DNA from: an uncultured delta proteobacterium
GTDB lineage: Bacteria > Desulfobacterota > Binatia > UBA9968
Direction of reading: 5' to 3'
Assembly: GCA_963840855.1 (NCBI GenBank)
Contig: CAWJBB010000030.1
Location: 128,001 to 192,000 of the forward strand
Length of the DNA stretch: 64,000 nucleotides
In this document: positions 62,641 to 64,000 of the stretch, in pieces
Layout: each line of letters starts with the position of its first letter
How positions within the stretch are numbered: position 1 is the stretch's first letter
Program-made: the position numbers and the translations under genes
The notes under the pieces: generated by a model
What the model was told of the DNA's origin: nothing
The model's input: only the letters and a program-made list of their open reading frames with translations
Database searches by the model: none

Positions 62641-63876
62641 ATGAAAATCAAAATGGTTCGATTAGTTGGCGCTTCGCTGCTCGCGGCCGCCGTGGTGACA
62701 GGCTGCGGCTCGACGAATTCGCCGAGCGGGATGCAGGGCCATTCGATGCATGGCTCGATGATGGGCGCAAAGGAGGCGGCGACGGCAGCAGCGGATCTCA
62801 GGGTGAATCTCAATGCGTTGCTCGGTGAGCATATGCTGATTGCGTCCGTGGCCACGAGCCACGCGCTCGGTGGACGAGAGATCCCATTCAAGGGCGCGGT
62901 GGCGGGACTCGATGCCAACTCGGCAGATATCGCCAAGGCCATCGGCTCGGTCTATGGACCCGACGCCGAAAAGGCGTTCCTACCGTTGTGGCAGAAGCAT
63001 ATCGGCTTCGTGGTCGATTACACGGCGGGCGTCGCGGCCAAGGACAAAGCCAAGCAAGACAAAGCCGTCAAGGACCTAATCGGCTACGCCGATGACTTCG
63101 GCGCTTTCTTAAACTCCGCCAATCCCAACTTGCCCAAGAGCGCGGTGGCGGAGCTGGTCAAAGGTCACATTCTAACCTTGAAAGATGTGATCGATGCCCA
63201 GGCCGCCGGCGATTGGCCGAAAGCGTACTCGGCGATTCGCTCCGCTTATGGCCACATGCATATGATCGGCGACCCTTTGGCCGCGGCGATCGCCAAGCAG
63301 TTTCCACAAAAATTTCCGGGCAGCGCGGATTCGCCGGTGGCGAACCTGCGTAACACCCTCAACTTGGCGCTGCGCGAGCATGCGATCCTGGCCGCGATGG
63401 CGACGGGATCCGCTTTGGGCGGGCGCACCGCGGAGTTCAACGCCGCGGCCAACGCTGTGGACGGCAATTCTATAGATATATCGAAGGCGATTGGCTCGGT
63501 TTATGGTCCGGACGCGGAGAGGGCTTTTTTACCCCTTTGGCGCAAGCACATCGGCTTCGTCGTCGACTACACCACCGGACTTGCGGCGAAGGATAAGGCC
63601 AAACAGGACAAGGCGGTCAAGGACTTGATCGGCTACGCCGACGACTTCGGCGCTTTCTTGAGTTCCGCGAACCCCAACCTGCCGAAGAGCACCGTGGCTG
63701 AGCTGGTCAAGGGGCATATTCTGACTTTGAAAGATGTCGTCGATGCACAGGCTGCGAAGGACTGGCCGAAGGTTTATAGCGATCTTCGTCTCGCCGCCGG
63801 CCATATGGCGATGATCGCCGATCCACTGGGAATGGCGATAGCGAAGCAGTTTCCGGAACGTTTTGCGCAGCGCTGA
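62641..63876 (+). CDS. Lipoprotein with two tandem His-rich helical domains (putative metal-binding)
   Basis: Lipobox VTGC; internal duplication (EH...W.KHIGFVVDY...GHILTL...GHM) visible in protein and DNA. Confidence 0.7.
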   Translation: MKIKMVRLVGASLLAAAVVTGCGSTNSPSGMQGHSMHGSMMGAKEAATAAADLRVNLNALLGEHMLIASVATSHALGGREIPFKGAVAGLDANSADIAKAIGSVYGPDAEKAFLPLWQKHIGFVVDYTAGVAAKDKAKQDKAVKDLIGYADDFGAFLNSANPNLPKSAVAELVKGHILTLKDVIDAQAAGDWPKAYSAIRSAYGHMHMIGDPLAAAIAKQFPQKFPGSADSPVANLRNTLNLALREHAILAAMATGSALGGRTAEFNAAANAVDGNSIDISKAIGSVYGPDAERAFLPLWRKHIGFVVDYTTGLAAKDKAKQDKAVKDLIGYADDFGAFLSSANPNLPKSTVAELVKGHILTLKDVVDAQAAKDWPKVYSDLRLAAGHMAMIADPLGMAIAKQFPERFAQR

Positions 63877-64000
63877 AAAAAAAGTTTTTAGATCAAACAG
63901 GGTGGGTTTACTAAGCAACGATCCAAAACCACATAAGGAGAAAGATTTATGAAATCGATAAAGCAACATGCCATCACCCGACTTACGGCGATGGCTCTGA

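Noticed and set aside
1-64000. tRNA, rRNA or selC genes
   Set aside because: None recognised by eye; tRNAscan-SE would be needed to exclude them

Overview
GC-rich bacterial chromosome segment. Gene content (many solute-binding proteins, amidohydrolases, Grd-like proteins) resembles Deltaproteobacteria/Binatia-type genomes; this taxonomic call is an inference. 1-9.8 kb is housekeeping: gyrA(3')-gpsA-rpmH-rnpA-yidD-yidC-jag-ispG-proS-pyrF, with a convergent thiD. The rest is an accessory mosaic. It contains a flavoprotein, an RRM protein, a TIR-TM-FGE protein, a ligD relic/Ku/HTH-TPR locus, an ISNCY-like element, tandem gap plus a Cys-less gap paralogue and tandem di-haem RoxA-like cytochromes. 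It also holds two TA modules whose toxins carry in-frame amber stops, a TM0106/RNaseH2-IS66 fusion, a solitary attC-like site and RAYT relics with REP/MITE repeats. Further right are a divergent LeuC/LeuD/DRE-TIM operon, a GrdE/GrdB-like pair with an in-frame UGA (Sec) and a duplicated ECF sigma/anti-sigma locus facing copper-type proteins. Many single-base frameshifts, including one in essential yidC, point to assembly indel errors, so split genes are not automatically pseudogenes. The most novel signals are (1) an aconitase-family LeuC/LeuD pair whose three Fe-S cysteines are replaced by Asp/Glu/Glu and whose GSSR motif is replaced by GHDH, (2) a selenoprotein B with UxxSxxS and a GrdE partner lacking the pyruvoyl Cys, and (3) a catalytically dead GAPDH translationally coupled to an active one.
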